Shown here: piece by piece, positions 11,210-25,032 of the stretch
How positions within the stretch are numbered: position 1 is the stretch's first letter
How the letters are laid out: the number at the start of each line of letters is the position of its first letter
Assembly (NCBI RefSeq): GCF_001194135.2
Contig: NC_068992.1
Span: forward strand, 62,284,392 to 62,323,118
DNA: 38,727 bases
From: Octopus bimaculoides
Lineage: Eukaryota
Reading direction: 5' to 3'
The notes under the pieces: model-generated
The model's input: only the letters and a program-made list of their open reading frames with translations
Told to the model about the DNA's origin: nothing
Databases searched by the model: none
Position numbers and translations under genes: made by a program

Positions 11210-11800
11210 TCTACTGGAACAGCTGTCTGTTATGTAATATACTGAACACTTTCTCCAACATACAGGACCCTGGAGACTCTTTCACCCTCTCTCTCCCTCC
11301 CTCCCTCCCTCTCTTTATATCTCTGTCTCTCTCTCTCTCTTTCACTCTCTCGTATTTCTGCCTCCCTCTCTCACCCACTACATCTCTCTCTGTCTTTGTC
11401 ACTCTCTTTGTATTTATCTGTCCCACTCTCTCATTCGTTATATGTCTGTCTCTCTCTGCCACTCTCTCTCTGTCACTCCATATATCTCTTTTTCCCTCTC
11501 TCACTCACTATTTCTCTGTCTCTCTCTCTGTCACTCCATATATCTCTTTTCCCTCTCTTTCTCTCTCTCTGTCACTCTATATATCTCTTTTTCCCTATCT
11601 CTCTGTCTCTCTCTGTTTCTCTGTTACTCACTCTATATATCTTTGTCTCCCTCTTTATATTTTGTCTGTCTGTCTGTCTGTCTCTTTGACATTCTCCCTC
11701 TCTATCTCTCTCTTTTTCTCTTTCAATGTAACTCTTCCTTTATTTCCTCCCCTTCTCTCTCCCCCTATCATTCTATTATCACTCTATAACTGCTTATATT
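11210..11800. repeat. CT-rich low complexity with CTCTCTCTGTCACTCCATATATCTCTTTTTCCC units
   Basis: About three copies at 11462-11594. Confidence 0.8.
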
Positions 11801-12116
11801 AAAAGACAGTGTGTGTGTGTGTGTGTGTTTGGGCAAGCATGTGTGTGTGTACATTGGTAGTATGTTTATTTTGTATGAATGTGTTTGCATTTTCAAGTGT
11901 TGGTATGTGTGTATACATGTGTACATGCTTAAGCCTGTGTGTAAAAGTGTGTTTTATTGTGTGTGTGTGTATTTTAATCTGTTATGTTTAAGTCTTTGTA
12001 TAGAAATGTGTTTTACTATGCATGTGTGTGCTGTATGTGTGCATGTGTACATTTAGGTATGTGTGGATGTGTACTCTGTTATGCATGTATGTATACACAT
12101 ACTTTTGTATGTATGT

Positions 12117-12330
12117 GCAGGCGTAGCTGTGTGGTAAGAAGGTTGCTTCCCAACCACATGGTTCTAGGTTTAGTCCCACTGCATGGCACTTTGGGCAAGT
12201 GTCTTCTACTATAGCCTCAGGCCAACCAAAGCCTTGTGAGTGGATTTGGTAGACAGAAACTGAAAGAAGCCCGTTGTATGGAGATATATATATATATGTA
12301 TGTATTTGTGTGTCTGTGCTTGTCCCATCA
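12117..12330 (+). mobile_element. SINE family A, 5' half
   Basis: Similar to the head of 9454-9842. Confidence 0.8.
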
Positions 12331-12586
12331 CCATCGCTTCACCAAGCATTTTGCCTGGCGTGCTAACGATTCTACCAGCTTGCCACTTTAATAATAATAT
12401 TAATAATAATAAGCATCTGAAAACCTTAGAAATAACCTACATATTCCGTAAAGTAGTCTGTCTGTCTGTCTGAGGTCCTTGTTGTGACTTGACAAATAGT
12501 ACGAACCCCTGGTAGACATAATATCTTCAATCAACAACCTCACGATATTGTATACTGTGCAACATCTGTAATAATAATAATAATAA

Positions 12587-12792
12587 TCTTTTCTACTGTT
12601 GGCACAAAGCCTGAAATTTGGGGAGAAAGGATTAAGTCAATTACATTGACCCCAGGGTCTCAACTGGTATTTATTTAATCGACCCTGAGAGAATGAAGGG
12701 CAAAGTCAACCTTGATGGAATTTGAAATCAGAACTTCAAGATGGACGAATGCATTTTGCCCGGTGTGCTAACGATTCTGCCAGCTTACTGCC

Positions 12793-12794
<2 letters not shown>
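12587..12794 (-). mobile_element. tRNA-derived SINE, family B
   Basis: Head AAGGCAGTAAGCTGGCAGAATCGTTAGCAC with a GTTC..ATTTC B-box region; related copies at 5575-5737, 13494-13685 and 32390-32575. Confidence 0.75.
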
Positions 12795-12831
<37 letters not shown>

Positions 12832-12902
12832 GTAAATAATAATAATAATAGTAAATAATAATAGTAAATAATAATAATAAATAATAATAATAATAATAAT
12901 AA

Positions 12903-13470
12903 TAATGCCCTAATGCAGTTCCAAGCAGTGGTTCTCATGGCTTTTGATGTTAATTGATTGGAAGTGTCATCATGTACATTATTTTGTGGTGATATAGAAG
13001 ATGGACTACAGTAAAATTCTGCTCAATACCACAGATTTGCTTGTCAGTTGTTTGACCTTAACCAGTTGAGCATTTCCCTTGGTGGCTGATGATATGTGCA
13101 TCTCTGATCATGAGCAGAAGCAGTGGGGGAGCATTATAACCATGTGTTGAGAGGCATTCTTTGGAGTTTGGATAATTCACCTGTGGAAACATGGGTGTTT
13201 CGTTCAACATCCTTAAACAAACATTATTCAGGGACCTTTTGAGCGGGATGGTTTACTCGACCTGAAGAGAATTTTAACTGGGTCCTACCTGCAAGGTCAT
13301 GCACCGTTTACTTCGATATAAGATGGCCATGTTGATCACATGTGGTTGTGATGCATATGTTTGGTGTACCCTTATCAGATGGGTAGTCATAATGGGTATA
13401 TTGGGCTTTATATAATTGTACCCCAGTATCACTTTGATGGCATGCACTGCTCTCTCACTCAATAATAATG
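12903..13470. mobile_element. Probable interspersed repeat bounded by (AAT)n tracts, family unassigned
   Basis: GC-richer block between two (AAT)n runs; no intact ORF; no second copy seen in the window. Confidence 0.4.
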
Positions 13471-13493
13471 ATAATAATAATAATAATCATAAT

Positions 13494-13685
13494 CCTTTTC
13501 TACTCTAGGCACAAGGCCCAAAACTTTTGAGGGAGGGGCCCCCAGTCAATTAGATTGACCCCAGTATGCAACTGGTACTTAATTTATAAACCTTGAAAGG
13601 ATGAAAGGCAAAGTTGACCTCAGCGGAATTTGAACTCAGAATGCAAAGACAGATGAAATACTGCTAAGCATTTCACCCCACGCAC
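13494..13685 (-). mobile_element. SINE family B copy
   Basis: Similar to 12587-12794; flanked by (AAT)n. Confidence 0.75.
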
Positions 13686-13970
13686 TAATAATAATAATAA
13701 TAATAATAATTAATAATGCCAACATTTGGAACCAAGTTTCTAAAGGTTTCTATTTGGCAATAGAATGTTTTGACAGTAAACAATGGTAGGACCATAGAAG
13801 CTATGTGAATATTTTAAGCTGTTCCCCATTGCCATTGGTGACTCTCTAAACCATATTATGTTAAGACTGGGAGCTTACTCTCCATATTTTAGGGTGACAG
13901 TTTAGATATAATACACATACATGTATATATATTGCTATGAAATTAATTTTTTTCCCTCTCTTTTGAATAG

Positions 13971-14015
13971 GATGAGAAAAATCAAGTTATGAAAACTAAT
14001 GTTTGGCTCCAGATG
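13971..14015 (+). CDS. nAChR non-alpha (beta1-like) subunit, 45-nt exon (DEKNQVMKTNVWLQM, loop D)
   Basis: Pyrimidine tract and AG end at 13970; GTGAGT donor at 14016. The translation matches the conserved DEKNQ..TNVWL segment of nAChRs, and 45 nt is the canonical size of this exon. Confidence 0.97.
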
Positions 14016-14574
14016 GTGAGTACCTCACAAAGTTATTTTCATTTTGTTTTCTTATTTTTGTTTTATTTTTTGCAAATTACTCTGCACATTGGAGGTGGTT
14101 TTGAAGATGAGGCTGATGATTATAAGGATGCTGCTGATGATGATGAGGGTGATGTGATGAGTGATAATGATGATGGTGATGATGTTGGTGGTGGTCGTGT
14201 TGGTGTGGTAATGGTGGTGGTGGTGGTAATGATGAAGACAATGATACTGAAGGTGGCAGTGGTTATGATGATGATATTGATGATGATGATGATGTAGTGT
14301 TGATTAATGTTGGCATTAGTCCAGAATTGTTGGCTGCAAACGTTATCGAGTTTCAACAGCAAAGTACTCCGAGTTTAAATAACCCCAGAGTCTATGATTT
14401 GCAATAACCATCTTAATTGCATACAGCACTCAGGTGTATCTACAACAAATCAGAAAAGGGTAAGAGAGGGCACAGAAGCAGACATATAAGTCAATGAAAA
14501 GGACTGCAATGAAAGCTAAAAGTACATGCATAGTATGTACTTTTATATATATATATATATATNNNNNNNNNNTT

Positions 14575-15240
14575 AATATCAGATAGTAACTTTATTTATC
14601 AAAATATGCTATGAGGATAAAGATAAACCTTCTTTTCTGTAATGTTATTCAACAAAGCCACCTTCGACTTCAACAGCTGCTTCTATATGAGATCTAAATC
14701 ATCTCCATGCTCGAATCAAGTGGTCCTGGTTCAGTTTGGACATTACTATGGCTATGGCAGCTTTCATAGAATGTTTGGTGTTTTGGGGTTATGCAATCAG
14801 GAAAATTTTCAGCCATCCATTCCTGTGTTACTAGAGCCATGTGTGATAGTGCAGAGTCTAACTGAAGCATATATGGCCTTCCACTGCATACACTTTCTAT
14901 CCAGGGCTTAGCAATTATTTCCAGGACCTCAATGTAGGCGGCAGAGTTAACTCTAAGGCCTTGTGGAAAGAAGCTTCCTTACTTCTTTGTCCTTCATTGC
15001 TGACAACCCCTAAAACTATGACAGTTGCTGGAAATTTTGTATGCATAACACTTGGAACTTCAGAAGGGTCTGCACATAACCATCTGTCATTTCTTCTGTT
15101 AACTTTTTGATCTTGGTCAAAGTTTTTCTTGTTTGAGAAAAATCAAATCAAATCTTCTGCTGGATTTTTCAGCTTGTTTAAGAGCCTTTTAGATCTGATG
15201 TAGTGATTTTCTTTCGCTTTTTCTGCCAAAGTGACCTTTC
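14575..15240 (-). mobile_element. Decayed Tc1/mariner DD37D (maT-like) transposon, C-terminal part
   Basis: Minus-strand translation gives FDQDQKVNRRNDRWLCADPSEVPSVMHTKFPATV, then YIEVLEIIAKPW...YMLQLDSA, then RSHIEAAVEVEGGFVE*. It is frameshifted and has an internal deletion. Confidence 0.85.
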
Positions 15241-16364
15241 NNNNNNNNNNNNNNNNNNNNNNNNNNNNNNNNNNNNNNNNNNNNNNNNNNNNNNNNNNNN
15301 NNNNNNNNNNNNNNNNNNNNNNNNNNNNNNNNNNNNNNNNNNNNNNNNNNNNNNNNNNNNNNNNNNNNNNNNNNNNNNNNNNNNNNNNNNNNNNNNNNNN
15401 NNNNNNNNNNNNNNNNNNNNNNNNNNNNNNNNNNNNNNNNNNNNNNNNNNNNNNNNNNNNNNNNNNNNNNNNNNNNNNNNNNNNNNNNNNNNNNNNNNNN
15501 NNNNNNNNNNNNNNNNNNNNNNNNNNNNNNNNNNNNNNNNNNNNNNNNNNNNNNNNNNNNNNNNNNNNNNNNNNNNNNNNNNNNNNNNNNNNNNNNNNNN
15601 NNNNNNNNNNNNNNNNNNNNNNNNNNNNNNNNNNNNNNNNNNNNNNNNNNNNNNNNNNNNNNNNNNNNNNNNNNNNNNNNNNNNNNNNNNNNNNNNNNNN
15701 NNNNNNNNNNNNNNNNNNNNNNNNNNNNNNNNNNNNNNNNNNNNNNNNNNNNNNNNNNNNNNNNNNNNNNNNNNNNNNNNNNNNNNNNNNNNNNNNNNNN
15801 NNNNNNNNNNNNNNNNNNNNNNNNNNNNNNNNNNNNNNNNNNNNNNNNNNNNNNNNNNNNNNNNNNNNNNNNNNNNNNNNNNNNNNNNNNNNNNNNNNNN
15901 NNNNNNNNATATATATATATATATATAAATAAATAATAAAATGAATGGTTTACACCTGGTAGCTTCCTGGTAAAGCAATGGTCACTTTCACAGTGTTCAT
16001 TATGTATATGGTAAACGAGAGACAGAAGATGGAAGGAAGATACGAGAATTTTTATTAATTGTTTCAACCCATTAGCTAGCATCAATCCCTCATAGGTGGG
16101 ATTCTTAACAACTGGTTCAGGAACATCCGACGGTGCAGATGTGTTTCTTTGGGTGGTAAATAGATATAACTCATTAAAATAACAGTTCTGCAATGTATCT
16201 TTCCATGTCGTAGAATGAAAAGCAGCAAGACAAAGGATCTATCTTCATTTATATAGAAGACCAATGATAAAAGAAACAAAGATGCAATACAGTGCAACAA
16301 GTATTAAAAATAACCATTAATGGATATGGATGCATAAACACCCTCACGAAGGCTGTATGGCATA

Positions 16365-16672
16365 TTTATTGGGGCCTTGTTAATTTGGAAGTTTGTCAAT
16401 ATAGGGCCTTATTAATTCAGAACTTTGTCTATTTTGGGCCATGTCAATTTAGGATGTTGCCAATTTAGGACTTAGTCTTATTGGAGCCTTGTTGATTGAG
16501 GGTCATATTAATTTAAGACCTAAATTTAGGACCTGCTCAATTTAAGGCTATCATTAATTTGAGTCCTTTAGAGCTTTGTCTTTCAGCATCATCTCAATTT
16601 AGGGCCTTGTCTATTCAGTGTCTTCTCAGATTGGGGGCTTATCAATTTATGGCCTTTTCTATTTAGGACCTG
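16365..16672. repeat. Degenerate minisatellite of about 16 bp (consensus near TTTAGGGCCTTGTCAA)
   Basis: Recurrent ATTTAGGGCCTTGTC-like units. Confidence 0.75.
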
Positions 16673-17306
16673 GGTCGGGACTGATGTTAGGTTAAAGAAC
16701 AACAACAATGGAGAACACATTAAATAATGTAATCCAAGATAAACTGTGTCTGAATAAAAGACAAGTTGCTAATACTTAGAAACACCTTTGGGCATAGATC
16801 AGTTGGATCAGGAGTTTCCTTGGGTTAAACAACAACAATATCAACAAAAAAAAAACATTACCAACACTAAGAACACCACCACCGCCATCATCATCACCAC
16901 CACCCCCACTAACAGTACCTCCACCAAGAACAGCAACAACAACAACACACCAGACATGGTAATCTCACTATGCTTAAACCATTGACATGTTTATACTGTA
17001 AGATGAGCACTTTGAAACCCCATCACCACCACCACTGTTACCACACTCGCTGCCTCTCTCTTACTCTCTCTCTCTCGCCCCCCCCCCNNNNNNNNNNNNN
17101 NNNNNNNNNNNNNNNNNNNNNNNNNNNNNNNNNNNNNNNNNNNNNNNNNNNNNNNNNNNNNNNNNNNNNNNNNNNNNNNNNNNNNNNNNNNNNNNNNNNN
17201 NNNNNNNNNNNNNNNNNNNNNNNNNNNNNNNNNNNNNNNNNNNNNNNNNNNNNNNNNNNNNNACACAACTAAGAGATGGTGGTGGTGGGGGGGGGAGCAT
17301 ACATAC

Positions 17307-17346
<40 letters not shown>

Positions 17347-17540
17347 ACGTGTAGTCTCTCTTTCACTTTCTCTCTCACACACACATTCACGCTTATATAC
17401 ATACGCACACATATTCCCTCTATACCCATGTAATCTCTCTCTCCTTTAACACACACACGCACACTACCAACACATATGTACACATAAATGCACAAATACA
17501 CAGTTATGCATATTTACATACATATCTATATACATGTGTG

Positions 17541-17578
<38 letters not shown>

Positions 17579-18284
17579 TATATATATATATGCATACATA
17601 CACACAAACCTACAGAGTATTCTATGCTACATTAATTTATCATGTTCTGTGATTCTCTGAGATTACCAAAGTTAGCAGTTCCTACCCTAATTCATTGCTT
17701 TCTCCAATAAAATAATTTACTATAACCTAACTCAACAGTTTCAAGCATGGGGCTCCAGCCTGTAAAATCCTTAGGGCCCACAGGGGTGGTCAGGTGAGCA
17801 TAATTAAAAAATTTGGGCCAGGGGCCTGTTCGGTCAAAATCTGTACTCTGTAGGAAAACGGTTGGGGATCAAGCATTTTTACTGCTTTTGTGTCTATTTT
17901 GTACCATGGACTGGCGTCATTCAAGACAAATATTCCAGAGATCTGGAGGATCACATGAATAACAATATGCATGATATATAATTTATTACATATATGAATA
18001 ATGCATATATCACAATATCATGGTATTGACCAGTCTACCATGGAAACACACACAAACACAGACATATATCTGTATGTGTATGTGTGTATATATATTTATA
18101 TATATTATACATACATACATCATCATCCTTTAACGCTTGCTTTCCATGCTGGCATGGGTTTTATATATACATACATATTGCTCAGTAGTTAGTGTTGGGC
18201 TCACAATCATGAATTTGAACTCAAAACGTAAAGATGCTCAAAATACAGCTAATTTGCCCGGCATGCTAACAATTCTGCCAGTTA

Positions 18285-18443
18285 CTCTTTTATTTGTTTC
18301 AGTCATTTGACTGTGGCCATGCTGGAGCACTGCCTTTAGTCGAGTAAATCGACCCCAGGACTTAAACACACAACCATCAGTTGTCAAGTGATGTTGGGGG
18401 GATAAACACAGACACACAAACATATACACACACACACACACAT

Positions 18444-18497
<54 letters not shown>

Positions 18498-18655
18498 GAT
18501 GGGCTTCTTTCAGCTTCCATCAACCAAATCCACTCAAAAGGCTTTGGTCAGCTCGAGGCTACAGAAGAAGATATTTGCCCAAGATACCATGCAGTGGGAC
18601 TGAACCTGGAACCATGTGGTTGGTAAGCAAGCTACTTACCACACGGCCACTCCTA
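18285..18655 (-). mobile_element. SINE family A, minus strand
   Basis: Reverse complement of the head and tail segments of family A. Confidence 0.75.
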
Positions 18656-18703
18656 CCCCTAATACCTAATAATAATAATAATAATAATAATAACATATAT
18701 GTA

Positions 18704-18914
18704 TTCTTTTATTGTTTTACTTGTTTCAGTCATTTGACTGCGACCATGCTGGAGCACAACCTTTAGTCAAACAAATTGACCCAGGACATATTCTTTGTAT
18801 GTCTAGTGCTTATTCTATCAGTCTCTTTTGCTGAACCACTAATTTTGGGGGATGTAAACACACCAACGTCGGTTGTCAAGCAATGGTGGGGGACAAACAC
18901 AGACACACACACAA

Positions 18915-18953
<39 letters not shown>

Positions 18954-19109
18954 AGATGTGCTTCTTTCAGTTTCTGTCTGCCAAATCCACTAACATGGCT
19001 TTGGTCGGCCCGAGGTTATAGTAGAAGACACTAGCCCAAGGTGCTATGCAGCGGGACTGAACCCAGAACTATGTGGTTAGAAAGGAAGCTTCTTACCATA
19101 CAGCCACAC

Positions 19110-19112
<3 letters not shown>
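18704..19112 (-). mobile_element. SINE family A, full length, minus strand
   Basis: Reverse complement of 9454-9842. Confidence 0.8.
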
Positions 19113-19147
<35 letters not shown>

Positions 19148-19318
19148 NNNNNNNNNNNNNNNNNNNNNNNNNNNNNNNNNNNNNNNNNNNNNNNNNNNNN
19201 NNNNNNNNNNNNNNNNNNNNNNNNNNNNNNNNNNNNNNNNNNNNNNNNNNNNNNNNNNNNNNNNNNNNNNNNNNNNNNNNNNNNNNNNNNNNNNNNNNNN
19301 NNNNNNNNNNNNNNNNNN

Positions 19319-19361
<43 letters not shown>

Positions 19362-20798
19362 CTACAGTGATTGAATAACTCCTGTTCTTTTATCATTCAT
19401 TAGTTGATATTATACTCTCTACTCTTCAGATGCCCTCTCTCAGAACCATGGTGTATGCATTCTTAACATTAATATTGCTATAACCAAACAAACCATAACA
19501 CACACAAACACACAGATCTGAGTGTGTAAACATGTACCTGGGCATATATATGAATGTATACTTACATATGTGTGTGTATGTGTGTGTGTTCGAGGGACCA
19601 GACATTTTCCTGCCAAATTGTTCCTCTTCCTATCAACTACACCTTCCCTAGTAACAATCCCCTGCCACCCCTAATCTTTAATATTTTCTAGGGGTTCAGT
19701 TTGCCAACATCTGTTATGTCACTTTGTAAACTTTCATTACACTAACTTGATATGTCTCTCATAGACACATACAAAAAAAAAACACTTTCTCTCATACACA
19801 CATTTACACATACAAACATATATGCATAGATATATTTACATACATATCAACACACACTCACACATTTCTATGCACACACATACATACATACACACACACA
19901 TGTACAGCTATATGTACAGATATATGTAGTTATTAATACATATATATATATGTGTACATATATGTGTGTGCACGAGTATGTGTGTGTATTTGTATACATA
20001 TAGATACATACATACATACATACATGCATACATACATACATGTATATATTCATGTACATATATTTCAAATATATACATATATCATACATATATATACACA
20101 CACACATACACACATATAAGGATGAGTATAAATACACACACACATGTGTATGTGTGTGTATATAGAGAGAGAGTGCTGGAAACACCATTAAAATCCTCCC
20201 CTACAGTCACCCAGCCCTAGTACCAGGTGGATATCTTATCCAGATATCTGGGATGGGATTAATGCCACCAAACACCACATACACCTAGACCGTATTTCAA
20301 ACACAACCATATGACTAACTGACAAAGAATGTACCCACCATTCCCATCCCACAACACACTACAGCCCCTACACGGAGCCAACGAGGGAGCCCCAAGGGAT
20401 TCACCCAATCTACTGGAAACAGCAATTAAACCCTCCCAAAGTAGTATCCCTGCGACTATCTTTAATAAGGGTACAGAATTTATTAACTTATGTCATGCTT
20501 GCTAGATACCCCTAAATAGAAATGATGATCTACTAGATTTGCTGTGGTAGTCAGTATGATGCTGGGGAATTTAGGACTGCTAAGCTGACCTAGGGCTAAA
20601 CATTTAGGTGGGAGAGTCGTGGAAGGAATTATATTGTGCATAGTCTTGTGGGTTCACCTGGGTCTAATATGACAAACAACAACAAAAACAACATAATATG
20701 ATGAGGGCTAACAGAAACAGCAGCCAAACTTTCCTCAATACATAGCCATTTATATATTTGTGTGTGTGTGTGTGTGTGTACATAATATATATGTATAT

Positions 20799-20869
<71 letters not shown>

Positions 20870-21042
20870 CATATGTATGCATATATATATATGTGTGTGT
20901 GTGTGTATACTTATAGGTGCAGGAGTGGCTGTGTTCCAGGTTCGACTAATGGCGGTGCTACAGCATGGCCACAGTCAAATTACAGAAAGAAGTGAAAGAA
21001 TATATATGCACTTAGGCAAGATGTACAGTTGCCACTGAAGTG

Positions 21043-21290
21043 GCATGTGAACAAAACATTTGAGCGTGGCCGTTGCCAGTACCGCCTGACTAGCCCTCGT
21101 GCCAGTGGCACGTAAAAGCACCCACTACACTCTCGGAGTGGTTGGCATTAGGAAGGGCATCCGGCTGTAGAAACTCTGCCAGATCAGATTGGAGCCTGGT
21201 GCAGCCATCTGGTTCACCAGTCCTCAGTCAAATCGTCCAACCCATGCTAGCAAGGAAAGCGGACATTAAACGATGATGATGATGATGATT
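21043..21290 (+). mobile_element. Interspersed retroposon 3' end with (GAT)n tail, family D
   Basis: Near-identical to 33674-33805; reverse-strand degenerate copies at about 1700-1815, 2905-3065 and 24515-24695. Confidence 0.75.
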
Positions 21291-21307
21291 ATATAAAATA
21301 TATATAT

Positions 21308-21480
21308 ATGTATGTATGTGTTTGTATATATATGTATGTGTGTGTGTATATGTATGTATGTATGTGTGTGTATATATATGTATGTATGTGTGTGTATATA
21401 TATGTATGTATGTGTGTGTATATATATGTATGTATGTGTGTGTATATATATGTATGTATGTGTGTGTATATATGTGTATG
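21308..21480. repeat. 24-bp tandem repeat (TGTGTGTGTATATATATGTATGTA)
   Basis: Gives the 8-aa periodicity of the spurious ORFs here. Confidence 0.85.
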
Positions 21481-21874
21481 NNNNNNNNNNATGTGTATGT
21501 GCGTATATATGTATGTGTTTGCGTATAGATATGTGTTTGTGTGTGTGTATATATATATGTGTGTATGTATATATATATATATATATATATAAACTATATT
21601 TGCCAACTAAATGTGGTGTCCTATACAGGACAGTGCTGCTGTTATTTATAGCCCCAGGAAGACATCTTCTCTAGCTGGCTAATGATACACAGTCTGTGTC
21701 CAATTAGTATTTGTGAGGATATACACACACATACATATATATACATGTATACATGCATATATATACATATATACATGCTTATATATATATATATAAAAAG
21801 GGCATTAACTGTGTATTAATACCTCACGCTATCGAGGGACTAAATAAGTCAAAAAACTACCAAAAATAAGTAAC

Positions 21875-21915
<41 letters not shown>

Positions 21916-22677
21916 TCGACCTGCTCATCTAGCCAGTGGGGTGGCATCATTTGAAATCTAAAAGAATGCAAAATGCATTGTGACCAGTGATGTGTAACAA
22001 TATCCAATAATCTGGTTGATACCATAATATGGCGTTATACACACATAAATACACATGTGCACACACATACACACAGTCATAAATTTATATGCGTGTGTGT
22101 TTGGCTGTGTATATCTGTGTGTCTAATTTTGCTCCATAACGAAGCAAGTTTGGAGTGTAACACTGAGACACGTTTCGTAGTAATAAATATTTCAGTTATA
22201 TCTTTAATGACCTTCCATAGTTAAAATTTTTGACTGTATATCACTTTGAAACTGACATGATGACAATCAGATTATATCATGATGATGTTGGTGGTGGTGG
22301 TGGCCATGGTCATGATGAGGATTATGGTGAAGATGACGATGATGATGGTGATGATGGAGTTGTTGGTGGTGGTGGCAATGATGATGATGATGATGATTCA
22401 TGATGTTAGCGATGATGATGTTAACAATCTCGGTATTCACCTCGGAAAAAGTTCAGGAGTGGGAAAGGCAAGCATCTGGAGTGATACCTTAATACCTTGA
22501 GCAAGTTTGTCAGCTGATGATGATATGACTTCCCATTAAGATGTTCACATTACATAACTGGCAGAGGGAGAGGGTAGGAAGGTGCTACAACTGCAGTAGC
22601 AGCAGCAGCATTTGTGGGTGTGGTTGTAGGAAGGTAGACAGACCGGTGCAGTTTGGTAGGAGGTGTGTGAGTGTATG

Positions 22678-22714
<37 letters not shown>

Positions 22715-22841
22715 AATGTAGCCAGGCTGGTGGTGGTGTGTATCAGGGAAGAGGTGGAGGAGCAAGAGAAGAATTTTCCCCCCTGCTGTGCCTGATTTGA
22801 GAAATATGTAAGAAAGATGTTTGGGTGATGTCTGCTCTGCA

Positions 22842-22884
<43 letters not shown>

Positions 22885-23139
22885 GAGAGCGAGAGAGAGA
22901 GAGAGAGAAGAAGGGAGAAAGTGGGGGAGGCAAGGGTAGTGGTGGAGGTCTTCAGAAATAAATTCTGGCATTGTTTACTTGCTTTGAGACTATGGATGGT
23001 GGAGTGTAGACTGGAGTGGAGGACAGAGTAGAGAGAGAGAGAGAGAAGAGTAGAGTGGAGCATGGAGTAATGTGTAGAGAACTGAGTGGAGGCTGGAGTG
23101 AAGAGTGTAGATGCTTCTGTGAACTTTACAGAGTCATTT

Positions 23140-23560
23140 GTCATTCTTACTGTTCACCTTCTGGCCCTGGTCGAAGTCCTTTACATCAAAGAACCATCAA
23201 AGCATGAGTGATTTTTCAGAGTGCTTAAGCTTCTTCAGGAAGCACTTCAACCGAATCCTAGTTTTCCTGGTTCTTTTTGGACCTGCATCACCATATTAAA
23301 CTAACACCTGATATCTGCCTACATCACATACATAACAAGTGAACTCAACAAGTTTGAGTTCTCATCACTCCCTAGGGATGTCATTTAGGAATGTCACTTG
23401 GACCTTCAGAATGATCTTGGATGTCCTTATAGACATCTAATCCCTGAGAACGAATCTATTTCTTGGCTATAGATTTACACATTGGTGGTTGAGGTGTGCC
23501 TCGCTTTTCTGATCATGAAGCCCAATCTGGGGCCATCTTCAAGAAACTAGTAATCTCTGA
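23140..23560 (-). mobile_element. Decayed DD37D-type transposase fragment
   Basis: Minus-strand remnants LKKLKH...WFF DVKDFDQGQKVNSKND are homologous to the copy at 15061-15120. Confidence 0.65.
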
Positions 23561-24024
23561 ACTACAAAAGTTAATGATGTGACCCACGTTTGTGTGTGTG
23601 TGTTGGGGGAGGGGAGCTTTGTAATTCCTGCCCAGGATTAGAAACTGTCAAGGAGGCTGTTAAGAGAAGTTGTCATTTTAAGATGTGGTATATACCACAT
23701 AACATTAAGTGTGGTTATCTTCTATTTATAACCCACGATGTATATAAAAACAAACTTATATGTATGTGTGTGTGTGTGTGTAAGTATATATGTGTATCAA
23801 ATATATATGTGTGTGTGTATGTATGTGTGTATGTATGCATTTACATTAAAGGGAAACGTGTGTTTATGTGTGAATATCACTCTTGCCAGTCTCCCTCTTC
23901 TCTCTCCACCCCATTCTACTAAATATCACCCAGAGGCCCTACCTATCTACCCTCAAAAGCCAACATTCCATTGCTGTCTTAAATTATGCTTCCTGCCCTC
24001 CTGCCTCTGCATACATATGAGTAT

Positions 24025-24087
<63 letters not shown>

Positions 24088-24705
24088 ACCCACACACATA
24101 TATATACACATATATATAAGTACATTTATATTCACATATCCAGGCATATGCATATATGTATGTGTGTGCATGTAGATTAGATATAGGATTGATGATGATG
24201 ATGATTCATTAGAATCTAGGTGCATTAACATGTAGGATGCTAAAATTGGCTAAGTACTATGACAGAGTTCACTATGAGGATTGAACCAAGAACCATGTTG
24301 GCTGGGAAATAAGGTTCTTACCATGCAACCAAGCCTGTGCCTCAACATACATATATATATATATACATATGGGAGAATTTATGAAAAAAACAACAACAGA
24401 CGAGGACAGGTGGTGTAAACAACAAAAGGATGTATTAGTTTAATGCTCGGGAATAGAGAAAGTCTTTATATATAGATATGTTAGTTAGATATATGTATAT
24501 ATACCTATATATCATCATCTTTTAACATCTGTCTTCCATGCATGCATGCATGGGTAGAACAGTTGACAGGAGCTGGCCAAGTAGAAAAACTATCCCAGGC
24601 CACTGTGTCTGTTTTGGCAGGGATTTTACGGTTAGATGCCCTTCCTAACACCAACCACTCAACAGAGTGCATTCAGTGCTTTTTTACGTGGCACTAGCAC
24701 GTAAA

Positions 24706-24970
24706 TATGAGGGTGAATCAAAAAGTAATGCCACTTTGTTTAGGACAGGTATAATTTCCAACACAGGAACATGTATCATACATCAAAATGAAGCTGGTCC
24801 TCTGTGGATCACATCCCTACTTCTCAACATAGTCACCGTTTCTGTCAATAGCAATGTTCCACCTTCCAATGAGAGCATGTGCCCCTGCTCCGTAAAATTC
24901 TGTTGACTGTTCTTTGAGTCACTTCTTCACTACAGTTTTCACTTCCTCATCACTGGACTATCATCTCTTC
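24706..24970 (-). mobile_element. Mariner transposon 3' end with TIR
   Basis: TA plus TGAGGGTGAATCAAAAAGT TIR-like end at 24706. Minus translation SSDEEVKTVVKK*LKEQSTEFYGAGAHALIGRWNIAIDRNGDYVEK* is a typical mariner C-terminus. Confidence 0.85.
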
Positions 24971-25032
24971 AGTGCCAAGAAAGAGGGTTTGAGAGGCAAA
25001 CATTATTCCAGTTATGAGGAAGTGAAAACTGT

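Noticed and set aside
1-13970. Missing N-terminal nAChR exons or duplicated, mutually exclusive exons
   Set aside because: No signal-peptide or YNKLIRP-like exon and no paralogous copy of the 45-nt or 110-nt exons was recognised; they may be upstream or inside gaps.
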